Below are positions 17,845 through 26,186 of a DNA stretch of 64,000 nucleotides, piece by piece (position 1 is the stretch's first letter; each line of letters starts with the position of its first letter). Below the pieces are notes generated by a model. The model was not told the origin of the DNA, did not search any database, and saw nothing but the letters and a program-made list of their open reading frames with translations. Both the position numbers and the translations under genes were made by a program. Origin of the DNA: Thermoplasmata archaeon (GTDB lineage: Archaea > Thermoplasmatota > Thermoplasmata > RBG-16-68-12 > JAJISG01); contig JBHIBO010000007.1 in NCBI GenBank assembly GCA_046759185.1, forward strand, positions 3,898-67,897. The letters are read 5' to 3'.

Positions 17845-18474
17845 TCAAAGGATGCCGCGCTCACTGAGCCACTGGTACACGTCATCGAAATCAGTGGCTT
17901 CGTAGTCCACCGCATCCCGGAGGCGACCCCCGGAGTTGATGGCGACGGAGACTCCCGCCTCCGTCAACAAGCCCAGGTCCATCACGCCATCGGCAAATGC
18001 GATGATGTCCTCACGAGCCACGCCTAGGGACTTGGCCATCAGGAGGGCCAAACCGCCCTTGGTGGAGGGGTTCACGCGAACGGCCACCCTTCCCGTAAAC
18101 GTGTTTTCGTCGTAGAGGAAGTGGTTGGACACAGTGAGGTCGGCCCCAAACTGCCGGCTCGCACTCGTCGCGATTTCGGAGGGACCACCCGTGATCAGAG
18201 CAACGGGGTGACCCCGACCTCGGATGGACTTGACGAAGCCGAGGGCCCCCGGGACGAGACGCAGGTCGTCAGCCAGGTTTTCGACGTCCTCTCGAGTGAC
18301 GCCAGCGAGAAAGGAAGCCCGTTCCCGAAAGCCCTCCTCCCAGTCGATCCTTCCCTCGACCCCTAGCTTCGTGATGCGTCCGACCTCCTCCTCCCGTCCC
18401 ACAAGCTTCGCCAGGTCGGGCAGGAGCTCGTTGTAGATGAGCGTGTTCTCTAGGTCGAAGGCGAAGAGCTTCAT
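17845..18474 (-). CDS. HAD-superfamily hydrolase, phosphoserine-phosphatase-like (divergent motifs)
   Basis: Colinear with archaeal SerB (..LITGG.., ..K.., ..DG..D..). However, motif I is FDLENT rather than DxDxT, and motif IV is ADGVMD. Confidence 0.7.
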   Translation of the reverse strand: MKLFAFDLENTLIYNELLPDLAKLVGREEEVGRITKLGVEGRIDWEEGFRERASFLAGVTREDVENLADDLRLVPGALGFVKSIRGRGHPVALITGGPSEIATSASRQFGADLTVSNHFLYDENTFTGRVAVRVNPSTKGGLALLMAKSLGVAREDIIAFADGVMDLGLLTEAGVSVAINSGGRLRDAVDYEATDFDDVYQWLSERGIL

Positions 18475-18567
18475 CGTGCCACCCGGGGCGACGAACCACG
18501 CGGATAAAACGTTGCGGGAGTCGACACATACACAAAGCTTGATACCCTACAAGCAATCGGGGGTCGC

Positions 18568-19164
18568 ATGGGTACGCTGCGTGATGCCAAGAACTATGGA
18601 GGCATTGGGGCGATTCTACTCCTGGTCGGCGTCTTCATCCCCCTCGTGGGCATTGCCATCTCCATCGTGGGCTTCATCCTCATGGTGATTGCAGTCAAGT
18701 ACATCTCGGAGGCCGTCGGCGATCGTTCGATCTACAACAACATGCTGTACTTCGTCATCATCGCCATCATCGGCTCCGTCGTCGCCTTCCTGTTTGTCTT
18801 TATTGCCTTGTTGCCCTTCTTGGCCCCCGGATTCGATCCCATAACGGGTCCCATCGATATCACGGACCCCGCCGCCATCTTCGCCATAGTGACCTTCCTT
18901 ATCGGACTCGCCGTCGCCTGGATCCTCTCCATCGTTGCCGCCGTGTTTCTCCGGAGTAGCTTTAACTCCATCTCGGCGCGTCTGGGCGTCGGCCTCTTCG
19001 GGACGTCCGCGCTCCTGTATCTCATCGGGGCGATTCTGATGATCGTGATTGTGGGATTCTTCCTCATCTTCGTCGCGGAGATTCTCATGATCGTGGCGTT
19101 CTTCTCCATCCCGGAGCAACAGCCCGCCCCTGCGATGGCCCAGCCCCCTCCGGCGGCACCGTAG
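18568..19164 (+). CDS. DUF996-family archaeal membrane protein
   Basis: ..LRDAKNYGGIGAILLLVGVFIPLVGIAISIVGFILMVIAVKYISEAVGDRSIYNN.. is the family-typical N-terminus. Multiple TM helices follow, with a Pro/Ala tail. Confidence 0.7.
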   Translation: MGTLRDAKNYGGIGAILLLVGVFIPLVGIAISIVGFILMVIAVKYISEAVGDRSIYNNMLYFVIIAIIGSVVAFLFVFIALLPFLAPGFDPITGPIDITDPAAIFAIVTFLIGLAVAWILSIVAAVFLRSSFNSISARLGVGLFGTSALLYLIGAILMIVIVGFFLIFVAEILMIVAFFSIPEQQPAPAMAQPPPAAP

Positions 19165-19276
19165 GGCTCCCGAGGTCAGTTCCGAGTCGCATCCCGACAC
19201 TATACATACAGTGACGGCCGTAGTTTGGATGCCCTGACCTCCTGTTCGGGAGGCCTGGCTGACGAGGAGCCCTCTT

Positions 19277-20125
19277 ATGGCGACAGACAAGACGCGAGAC
19301 GTAGTCGGTGTGATCCCTGGAAGGGAGGTCATGGAGGGCGCGGGTGTCCGCGTTCGCCGATACATCGGCAGCCCAGAGCTCGACCACATCGATCCCTTCC
19401 TCCTGCTGGACGAAATGCGGAGCGACGATCCCCGCGACTACGTGGCCGGCTTCCCACCACATCCCCATCGTGGCTTTCAGACCCTCACGTACATGATGCA
19501 CGGGCGCTTCCGGCACGAGGACAGCACGGGCAGCGCCGGGACCCTCTCGAGCGGGGGCTTGCAATGGATGAATGCCGGGAGCGGTGTCATCCACAGCGAG
19601 ATGCCCAAGATGAGGGCGGGCCGACTGTGGGGCTACCAGCTCTGGCTGAACGCCCCCTCTCGGGAGCGATGGAGCGACCCTTTCTACAGGAACTTCAAGG
19701 CGCGGGAAATCCGCGACGGCGACGTGCAGGAGAACATTCTCGCCGGGGAGGACCAGGACAACTTCGCCTTTTTCCCCATGCTGTACACGGACGTTCACCT
19801 GGAGGAGGGAGCGTCCTTCGAGCGGGTCGTTCCTAAGTCTATGAATGCCTTCGTCGTCGTCGCGGAGGGGGAAGTCGCGATTGGACCTCAGAGGCGTCGG
19901 GTCGGTCAGCACAATGTCGCCCTGTTGGGAGAGGGAGAAGCCGTCTCGTTGGAGGCGGGCAGCGACACTGTGGTCATCCTCGGGGCCGGGGAACCCGTAC
20001 GCGAGAGCATAGCCCGGTGGGGTCCTTTCGTCATGAACACCCGCGAGGAGATCCTCCAGGCGATTACGGATTACCAGCATGGCCGCCTGGTGAAGAAGAA
20101 GGCGGAGGATGACCTAGGAGGTTGA
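19277..20125 (+). CDS. Pirin-family protein
   Basis: ..DPFLLLDE..GFPPHPHRGFQTLTYMMHG.F.HEDS.G..G.L..GG.QWMNAGSGVIHSEMP is the pirin cupin signature. Confidence 0.9.
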   Translation: MATDKTRDVVGVIPGREVMEGAGVRVRRYIGSPELDHIDPFLLLDEMRSDDPRDYVAGFPPHPHRGFQTLTYMMHGRFRHEDSTGSAGTLSSGGLQWMNAGSGVIHSEMPKMRAGRLWGYQLWLNAPSRERWSDPFYRNFKAREIRDGDVQENILAGEDQDNFAFFPMLYTDVHLEEGASFERVVPKSMNAFVVVAEGEVAIGPQRRRVGQHNVALLGEGEAVSLEAGSDTVVILGAGEPVRESIARWGPFVMNTREEILQAITDYQHGRLVKKKAEDDLGG

Positions 20126-20228
20126 AGGCGCCCTTGGGCGTTAAGGGCGGGGCGACCGGGAGCCAGGCGTACTTCCCTCCGCTAAGCCTTGATAAGAAGG
20201 CAGGTCCTTGTGCGGCCAGAGGTCGGTC

Positions 20229-20897
20229 ATGGCCAGTGAAACGATTCAGAGCTCGAACCTGAGTCGCGGGCTGCCACCTGGGCAGAAGTTCGTGCGGAAC
20301 TTCCCCGTCTACGACATCACCGCCGCGCGACCCCCGTTCGATCCCCAGGCCTGGCGGCTCAGGACGTGGGGCGCCATTGAAGAGCCCCTCGAGTGGACGT
20401 GGGAGGAGCTGATGGAGTTCCCCACGGTTGAGGTCAAGGCGGACTTTCACTGCGTCACGAAGTGGTCCAAAAAGGCGCTTCGCTGGAGAGGAGTGCCGAC
20501 GGCCATGCTTGTCGAGCGCGTACGACCCAAGGCAGAGGCCGTCCAGGTCATGGCCCATTGTCTGGAGGGGTACACCACGAACCTCCCGGCAGACTATCTG
20601 GGACTCGAAGACAGCATCCTCGCCTTCGAGATGGAGGGGAAGCGCCTGACGCCCAATCACGGCGCTCCCCTCCGCCTCCTGGTCCCCCAGCTCTATGCCT
20701 GGAAGAGCGCGAAGTACGTCAACGGCCTAGAGTGGCAGACAGGGTGGCTGCCCGGGTTCTGGGAGCAACGGGGGTACCACATGATTGGCGATCCCTGGGA
20801 GGAACAACGTTACTGGGAACCCATCGAGAAGGTTCGCGAGTGGTGGCGCAAGGTCCGCATTGCCAAGGTCGAGCGCCAGGGAGACGTGGACCCGTAG
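20229..20897 (+). CDS. Molybdopterin-dependent oxidoreductase, sulfite-oxidase family (catalytic domain only)
   Basis: ..W.L...G.....L.W.W.EL..FP.V....DFHCVTKWS......RGV.....L.........V......GYTTNLP......D..LA.E..G..L...HG.PLRL.VP.LY.WKSAKY.. Confidence 0.8.
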   Translation: MASETIQSSNLSRGLPPGQKFVRNFPVYDITAARPPFDPQAWRLRTWGAIEEPLEWTWEELMEFPTVEVKADFHCVTKWSKKALRWRGVPTAMLVERVRPKAEAVQVMAHCLEGYTTNLPADYLGLEDSILAFEMEGKRLTPNHGAPLRLLVPQLYAWKSAKYVNGLEWQTGWLPGFWEQRGYHMIGDPWEEQRYWEPIEKVREWWRKVRIAKVERQGDVDP

Positions 20898-20900
20898 TCG

Positions 20901-21092
20901 TCACCGCGTCAAGAAGAACGCCAGCACGAGAATGGCCATCGCGCCGATCCACAGGTAGATGAGCTGTCGGCGTTTCCGGCGCAGCACGCCCGTGTGCTTG
21001 TCCCGACACTCGTCCGAGCAGAAGTCCTCCGACGTCCGGACAGCCTTACCGCAGGACAGGCAGTGCTTGTGCTGGAGGAGCTTCTCGGCCAT
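20901..21092 (-). CDS. DUF2116-type zinc-ribbon protein with C-terminal TM helix
   Basis: HKHCLSCGKAV..FCSDECRDKH..RRKRRQ, then the hydrophobic LIYLWIGAMAILVLAFFL. It is the last gene of the co-directional surface-protein cluster. Confidence 0.65.
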   Translation of the reverse strand: MAEKLLQHKHCLSCGKAVRTSEDFCSDECRDKHTGVLRRKRRQLIYLWIGAMAILVLAFFLTR

Positions 21093-21140
21093 CCTCAGCG
21101 TAGAAAACTGCTTGATTGTATTAAAGGGTGAGAGGGTGCC

Positions 21141-22022
21141 CTACTCTTCCTGTTGACTCGCCCGCTCTAGGCTGAGTTCCGCCATCTTCAGGTTCCCCAT
21201 GAGCTCGTAGATCTTTGCCTTGAAGATCCAGAGACCCGGGTAGTCGGGTTTCACAGCCCCCACCTGATCTAGGAGATCGATGGCCTTCTCGTATTCCTTG
21301 CGCATGGCCAAGTAGGTCGCCTTCGCGAACAGCGCGTCGACGTCCTCGGCGTCCGCCGCCAGACGATTGTCGATCGATTTCATCCGCTTGTCGAAGATGG
21401 CTTGCCTCCGACGGACCTCCGAGGCCTCGACGCCGGTCTCCGGTTCGTCGAAATCGGCGAGCAGTCCCTCCAGCATCGAGGCCGCGACGTCCGTCGCCTC
21501 CGCCGGAGTAGGCTCGACTCCACCTACCACCTCGTCCAAAGCATTCAGGGCCTCGTCCAACGTCCCCAGGCCCTCGTCGAACGCCTCGGGTTCCGGCCCC
21601 CACATGGCCACCTCCGGAGGCGCGTGCACCGCGGGCTGCTGGACACGACGGCGCAGGAGATCGAGATGGTCCATTGGGACGGTGACGAGAAGGGCTCCCA
21701 GGACGATGAGCCGCGGAATGTTGATGGCGTCGAAGTAGTACGGCGAGGTCCGCAGTGCGAGAATCAGGCTAACCACCATGATAGTGGTAATGGCCACGCT
21801 GATCAGACGATCAGACTGGGGCCGCGAGTAGTGGAGGAAGGCGTTCCCTGCCGCGAGACCGGTTCCCACGAAGAGGAGTTGCAGCTCCGGAAATTGAAGC
21901 AGAAAGAGCGGCGTTAGCTCGAACGCCCAGCGCTCGAGGAGGCTGGTGGCGTTCCAGAGGATGAAGACGGTCTTGAAGGCCATGTAGAAAGCGAGGAAGG
22001 CGTGGATGCCTAGGGACACGGA
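21141..22022 (-). CDS. Polytopic membrane protein with acidic linker and C-terminal TPR domain (start uncertain)
   Basis: TM helices (..GIHAFLAFYMAFKTVFILW.., ..LFLLQFPELQLLFVGTGLAAG.., ..VAITTIMVVSLILAL.., ..LIVLGALLVTV..). An acidic segment follows, then TPR-like ..ALFAKATYLAMRKEYEKAIDLLDQVGAVKPDYPGLWIFKAKIYELMGNLKMAE. The track ORF start at 22319 would overlap the upstream gene; GTG 22022 or ATG 21986 are plausible. Confidence 0.6.
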   Translation of the reverse strand, partial: SVSLGIHAFLAFYMAFKTVFILWNATSLLERWAFELTPLFLLQFPELQLLFVGTGLAAGNAFLHYSRPQSDRLISVAITTIMVVSLILALRTSPYYFDAINIPRLIVLGALLVTVPMDHLDLLRRRVQQPAVHAPPEVAMWGPEPEAFDEGLGTLDEALNALDEVVGGVEPTPAEATDVAASMLEGLLADFDEPETGVEASEVRRRQAIFDKRMKSIDNRLAADAEDVDALFAKATYLAMRKEYEKAIDLLDQVGAVKPDYPGLWIFKAKIYELMGNLKMAELSLERASQQEE

Positions 22023-22083
22023 ACGCGGCCGGATGTAGAGAGAGACCCACTCCCTGAGAGTGGGGTTGCGATAATAGGACCCA

Positions 22084-22686
22084 TCAGCCGCCGTGGATCT
22101 CCCCCCTGATCCGTCTGCCCACAAGGACGACCGAGGCGGCGACGGCGAGGAGAAGGAGGAGCCAGGGCGGAAGGACGGTTGGCCCGCCAAGGGTCCCCGT
22201 GAAGTAGTCGAGTTGGGCCGTCGCATTGAGGCCATCCAGGTCGGTCGCCGTAATGCGGAGCCAACGTCCGACGAGGGGCTGGATCGCGAACGTGACACGA
22301 AGCTCGCTCCGCTCCGCAACGGTCTGCGGATTTTGATTTGCCGTAGCGAGGGACTGATCTCGGACGAGGATCTGGCCGAGGCTGTCCGTAAAGGTGGGCT
22401 CCCAGATTGCGCTCACGTTGGTCAGGTAGGTCTGGAGAACTACGTGTCCCACGGGGGCCTGGAGTTCGTCAAGGATTTCGAGATCCACACGCAGAATGTC
22501 CCCCCACGAGTTGTCATCGGAGACGATCACATCGACATGATTGACGCCGCTCTGGACTCCCAGGTCGATGCGCTGGAGTTCAGGGGCGACGTTGATAACA
22601 GTCACACCTTGCGTCTGGGCCCGCGCCATGGGGGAAAGCACAAGGAGGAAGAGCGCTAGCAGACACACGATGACAGGGGGCCCCAT
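22084..22686 (-). CDS. Secreted, C-terminally membrane-anchored protein, unknown family (cluster gene C)
   Basis: Sec-type signal MGPPVIVCLLALFLLVLSPMARAQ, a beta-rich ectodomain, and a C-terminal TM PPWLLLLLAVAASVVLVGRRIR. It starts 10 nt after the upstream stop. Confidence 0.7.
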   Translation of the reverse strand: MGPPVIVCLLALFLLVLSPMARAQTQGVTVINVAPELQRIDLGVQSGVNHVDVIVSDDNSWGDILRVDLEILDELQAPVGHVVLQTYLTNVSAIWEPTFTDSLGQILVRDQSLATANQNPQTVAERSELRVTFAIQPLVGRWLRITATDLDGLNATAQLDYFTGTLGGPTVLPPWLLLLLAVAASVVLVGRRIRGEIHGG

Positions 22687-22696
22687 GCGAAGGGCC

Positions 22697-24184
22697 CTAA
22701 GAGCCGCCTTTCTTCGTGCGGGTCCTCTCGTCACGTTTCTTGCCGCCTCCTTTGGGTTTCTTCTCTCCCCCGGCCTTCGAAGATCGCGGCGTCTTCTTCC
22801 CATTCTCCTGACTGCCTCGACTGGTCCTTTTCTTGCCGCGGGGTCGGGAGCCCCTGTGGGACTTTCGGGCTTCTCGAGGTGGTCGCGCAGGCGGCCCCCC
22901 GCGCAGGCGATCATAGCTGACGAAGGCGAGGACGGAAGCCGTCACCAGGGAAGCGAAGAGCCAGAGGTAAGAGGGAGGGAGGGGCCCGGGGGCCGATTTC
23001 GGTCCCACGATGATGCTTGTGCGGTAGAGCTGTATTTCACCGGTGCGTGGCAGCTCGAGGGAGAAGACGACCTCCGCCCACGTGGAGGGCGTGGTTGCCA
23101 TGACCTGGACTGTCAATTCCAGCTCAGCATCCGCCGGGGGTCTCAAGGTGGCCGGCAGGGTCAGGGGATTCTCGCCCTCGAACACACTCACGAGGCGTGC
23201 TTCCGTCACCCCGACGTTCACGGTCACGTCCTCATCCCCCGTCAGGAAGACATTCCAGATGACGATCGAACTGTAGTCGGCCCGAATGGCGTCAAGCGTC
23301 TGGAACACGACATTCCCGAAGGTCTGAACCGTGTATCCGGAGCGGCCTATGACGACCTTCAGATCGAAGACGCTCTCCAGGGCAGGCACGATCTGGGACG
23401 CCCCCTGGGAGGGAATGACGCCACTAACTTCGACGCGCGCAATCCCCTTCACCTCCACGATCTGCGGAGGGCGGGGATCGAGGTTCGCGCTGAGGAAGAA
23501 CTTCGTGTCCGAGTCGACGTGAACCACATCTGAGGGATTCACCAACTGGAGTCGGCTCTGCAACCGGTCAAAGGAGACGGAGAGTCGGAGGGGGACATTC
23601 CCGCTGTTGATGATTCGGAGGTACTGATTTCGGTCCTCGGAGAAGACTTCCACGCCCTGAAAGGGCTCGCCGCGAAGGTTGAAGTCTGCCGAAGACACGC
23701 CGTAAGCCATCCTCGGTGTCCGAACCTCGATCGTCTGATCCCCGAGAGGGGTCCCGTCTTGGATCACGACGATCGACCAAGCCCCCGCGACGGCCCCCGC
23801 GTCGATCCCCACATGGAAGATCACTTGGTTACCCGTCGATTGGCTGAGGTCCGGCTGGATGAAGGCCCCATATAGGAGGTCCGTCCAGTTATCGCTCTGC
23901 TCGTTGCGCTCCCATCGGTAGTGGCTGTCTATGCCATTGTTTGGGATTCCGACTGCGGATGCCTCGATGGAGAGCACATCCTGGATCGGAGACTCCAGGG
24001 TCAGCGAAAGGTCATGCCACACCCCTGCAATCCAGACGGGCTGGCCTTGCTCATTCTGCAGGGGCGTCTCCCCTGGCATCTGTAGGCCGACTTCAACCCC
24101 CTCGGACGCCGAGGCGGGAACCAGACCGAAGAGACTGAAGCCTACCACTAACGTCACTAAGGCCGCCATGGCCTCCTTGCGCAT
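22697..24184 (-). CDS. Secreted large ectodomain protein with C-terminal TM anchor and about 70-aa Lys/Arg-rich cytoplasmic tail (cluster gene B)
   Basis: Signal MRKEAMAALVTLVVGFSLFGLVPASASEG, a beta-rich body (..LRIINSGNVPLRLSVSF..) and TM YLWLFASLVTASVLAFVSY. The tail reads RLRGGPPARPPREARKSHRGSRPRGKKRTSRGSQENGKKTPRSSKAGGEKKPKGGGKKRDERTRTKKGGS. GGAGGA lies about 7 nt before ATG 24184. Confidence 0.75.
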   Translation of the reverse strand: MRKEAMAALVTLVVGFSLFGLVPASASEGVEVGLQMPGETPLQNEQGQPVWIAGVWHDLSLTLESPIQDVLSIEASAVGIPNNGIDSHYRWERNEQSDNWTDLLYGAFIQPDLSQSTGNQVIFHVGIDAGAVAGAWSIVVIQDGTPLGDQTIEVRTPRMAYGVSSADFNLRGEPFQGVEVFSEDRNQYLRIINSGNVPLRLSVSFDRLQSRLQLVNPSDVVHVDSDTKFFLSANLDPRPPQIVEVKGIARVEVSGVIPSQGASQIVPALESVFDLKVVIGRSGYTVQTFGNVVFQTLDAIRADYSSIVIWNVFLTGDEDVTVNVGVTEARLVSVFEGENPLTLPATLRPPADAELELTVQVMATTPSTWAEVVFSLELPRTGEIQLYRTSIIVGPKSAPGPLPPSYLWLFASLVTASVLAFVSYDRLRGGPPARPPREARKSHRGSRPRGKKRTSRGSQENGKKTPRSSKAGGEKKPKGGGKKRDERTRTKKGGS

Positions 24185-24242
24185 GTCCCATCCTCCACGA
24201 TGATCCACTTCCACAAAGAGTAAGAGTGGGGGGAGGGGGAGA

Positions 24243-25322
24243 CTACGGGGTCTCCACCCTCATGGTCAGGGTCGCAACGTAGCTTCCAGATGGGGTACCG
24301 AAGGGAACCGATACCCCGAACTGGACGCCCGTGGTCTCCGAATCTCCGACCGTGTCGTGAGCCTGGCTGGCGCCAGTACCCCAGATGAATTCCCGGTTGC
24401 CGATTCCCAGTCCACCGAAGGTGAGGTCCGAGGTGATGTCATCGCTCGGATCTCCGGCAGCGGTGATGTTGACATTTGCCGCAATCGGGATCTCGTCCCC
24501 GCCAGACGTCAGGTTGGTGTTGAACCACACGCTCATCCGATAGTCCCGGTTTGCCTGATGGGTGACCGTGACGGTGTTTGTGACGGCGTCGGAACCTGGG
24601 GATATTGTCCCCGCATCCCAGTCCGCCCCGATGGAGATGTTTGTGAACAAGAAGACGCCGAATTCGTGGTAGATGTTCGCCGAGTCTGCCTGGTTGATCA
24701 CGTCGGGGTTCCCAAAGTCCTTGGCTCTTACCTCAGAGTTCCAGGAGCTCAGGTCGTTGTAGGCCCCAGCGGCCTGGTTGATGGGATCATTAGCCTGCCG
24801 AATCTGGTTGTTGAGCGAGAAGGCCAGCTTGAAAGTGTAGTTCTCGTTGACGACGTTGGTGAACATCGAGCTGCTTCCGGAGTCGTAGGCGATGTTGCCT
24901 TCGGCGACGGACCATTCGCTCAGGGCCGGAGCATTCACGGGAGCGACGTTCGTGTAGTTGAGGTCTACCCGGTAGTTAGCCCCCGCGGCTGACTGCTGGT
25001 CGAAGGTTAACTCCGCGGAGCCTCCGTCGAACCAGATACGGATATTCGCCCACTGGAAGTCACCCCATCCATCAGGATCCATCAACGTGACGTTGAAGTA
25101 GTACGTGGTGTTGACGTCGAGTTGGGCGTGCATGAGGGAGCTGTCCGCGGCATCCGTGATGTCGTAGGCGGTAATTTCTGGCGGGTTGCTGGCGACTGTC
25201 GCCCCCAGGGTGTTGTCGGTGTCGTCGTCCGAGGCGATGTCAGCCGCCATCGCCTGCCCCAGACCAAGAAGCAGGCTGAAGGCCAGAAGACCAATCGTGA
25301 GGGCCTTGATCGTTGCTCTCAT
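24243..25322 (-). CDS. Secreted, probably N-glycosylated protein without anchor, unknown family (cluster gene A)
   Basis: Signal MRATIKALTIGLLAFSLLLGLGQAMA|AD. At least 7 N-x-S/T sequons (NTT, NVT, NYT x2, NIS, NLT, NIT). Asn/Thr/Asp-rich, with no TM helix. It ends ..GTPSGSYVATLTMRVETP. Confidence 0.8.
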   Translation of the reverse strand: MRATIKALTIGLLAFSLLLGLGQAMAADIASDDDTDNTLGATVASNPPEITAYDITDAADSSLMHAQLDVNTTYYFNVTLMDPDGWGDFQWANIRIWFDGGSAELTFDQQSAAGANYRVDLNYTNVAPVNAPALSEWSVAEGNIAYDSGSSSMFTNVVNENYTFKLAFSLNNQIRQANDPINQAAGAYNDLSSWNSEVRAKDFGNPDVINQADSANIYHEFGVFLFTNISIGADWDAGTISPGSDAVTNTVTVTHQANRDYRMSVWFNTNLTSGGDEIPIAANVNITAAGDPSDDITSDLTFGGLGIGNREFIWGTGASQAHDTVGDSETTGVQFGVSVPFGTPSGSYVATLTMRVETP

Positions 25323-25367
25323 TCCGGGTTCCTCCGAAGAGTTCGAGGCGATGGTCGGAAGTGTCTG

Positions 25368-25374
25368 TATTTAA
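25368..25374 (-). promoter_or_regulatory. TATA box for the surface-protein operon
   Basis: The minus strand reads GCTTAAATAC about 50 nt upstream of ATG 25322. GGAGGA lies 8-9 nt before the ATG. Confidence 0.45.
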
Positions 25375-25507
25375 GCGTGCCGCGGTCATTCCCAGAATCA
25401 TAACTCACGAAACTACAAGAGAGTGACATTTCTGGATGAGCTGGGCCAACAGTCAGCCTCAGAATCCACGGAGGAGAGCGAGGTCCGACGGAGACGATAG
25501 ACGTGAC

Positions 25508-25870
25508 CTATCGTGCCTCTGCCGGATTCAGGAAGAGGGGTTCCCAGTACTTCCAGCGGTTCCTCTTGGCAATCACCGATTCACAGGAGGGGCACACGAG
25601 GACGGTCACTTCCCCCTTCCGCCCCTCCTGCGCGATTGCCCCTAGACCCTCCAAGGAAACCTCTTTCCCCTCCTTCCGACACCAGGCGGACGTCACCCCC
25701 CGGCCGGGGAGGGGAATCCACGTCGACCCCGTCCACGTCGCGAGGGGGTCGGCCAGGCGCTCGTCCTCCGGGCAATAGACCTCCTTGGTCCGGATCGCCT
25801 CCCGCTCCACCCATCGCTTGGGCATGTCCCACAGATGGTGCGAGCCGTGTCGGTCGCAGGCGATATCCAT
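25508..25870 (-). CDS. Hypothetical Cys/Trp-rich protein
   Basis: 120-aa ORF with balanced composition (K, E, W, C) and CPSC / CDRHGSHH motifs. Competing overlapping ORFs are Arg/Pro/Gly-rich. I recognise no family. Confidence 0.3.
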   Translation of the reverse strand: MDIACDRHGSHHLWDMPKRWVEREAIRTKEVYCPEDERLADPLATWTGSTWIPLPGRGVTSAWCRKEGKEVSLEGLGAIAQEGRKGEVTVLVCPSCESVIAKRNRWKYWEPLFLNPAEAR

Positions 25871-25968
25871 ATGGCTGCCAAATCGGCTCCCTTCGTAAAA
25901 CCCTAGCGCTCCGGGGCGCGGTGTCCCAGTTGGACAAGACTTTAAAGCAGGGAGACGTCCCAGGTCTG

Positions 25969-26106
25969 ATGGTCCCTGTCGGTCGAAGGACAGGCAAATC
26001 CGCCCCGAGCCAGGCCATCTCTTCAGAAGTGGCAGTCATCGGCCTCACCGCGATCACGGTAGCTCTGGCCGTCCTCGTCTATGTCTTCGCCATCACCTTT
26101 TTGTGA
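25969..26106 (+). CDS. Candidate 45-aa single-TM micro-protein, leaderless
   Basis: TTTAAAG at 25941-25947 sits 28 nt before ATG 25969. Product: MVPVGRRTGKSAPSQAISSEVAVIGLTAITVALAVLVYVFAITFL. Confidence 0.3.
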   Translation: MVPVGRRTGKSAPSQAISSEVAVIGLTAITVALAVLVYVFAITFL

Positions 26107-26186
26107 GGGGATTTCGGCCGAACCGGGAACCCGTAGAATCAGGCCGAAAGGTGTAAAAGATGGGTGTTCATCCTTCCTCCGACCGC

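Noticed and set aside
19085-20080. 331-aa ORF antisense to the pirin gene
   Set aside because: The pirin frame carries an unmistakable family signature. The antisense frame is Arg/Pro/Gly-rich with no recognisable domain.
26113-26150. Inverted repeat TTTCGGCC..(22 nt)..GGCCGAAA as a riboswitch or regulator upstream of the aminotransferase gene
   Set aside because: The stem is short, the loop is large and there is no conserved motif. It is mentioned only as a possible terminator for the candidate micro-ORF.
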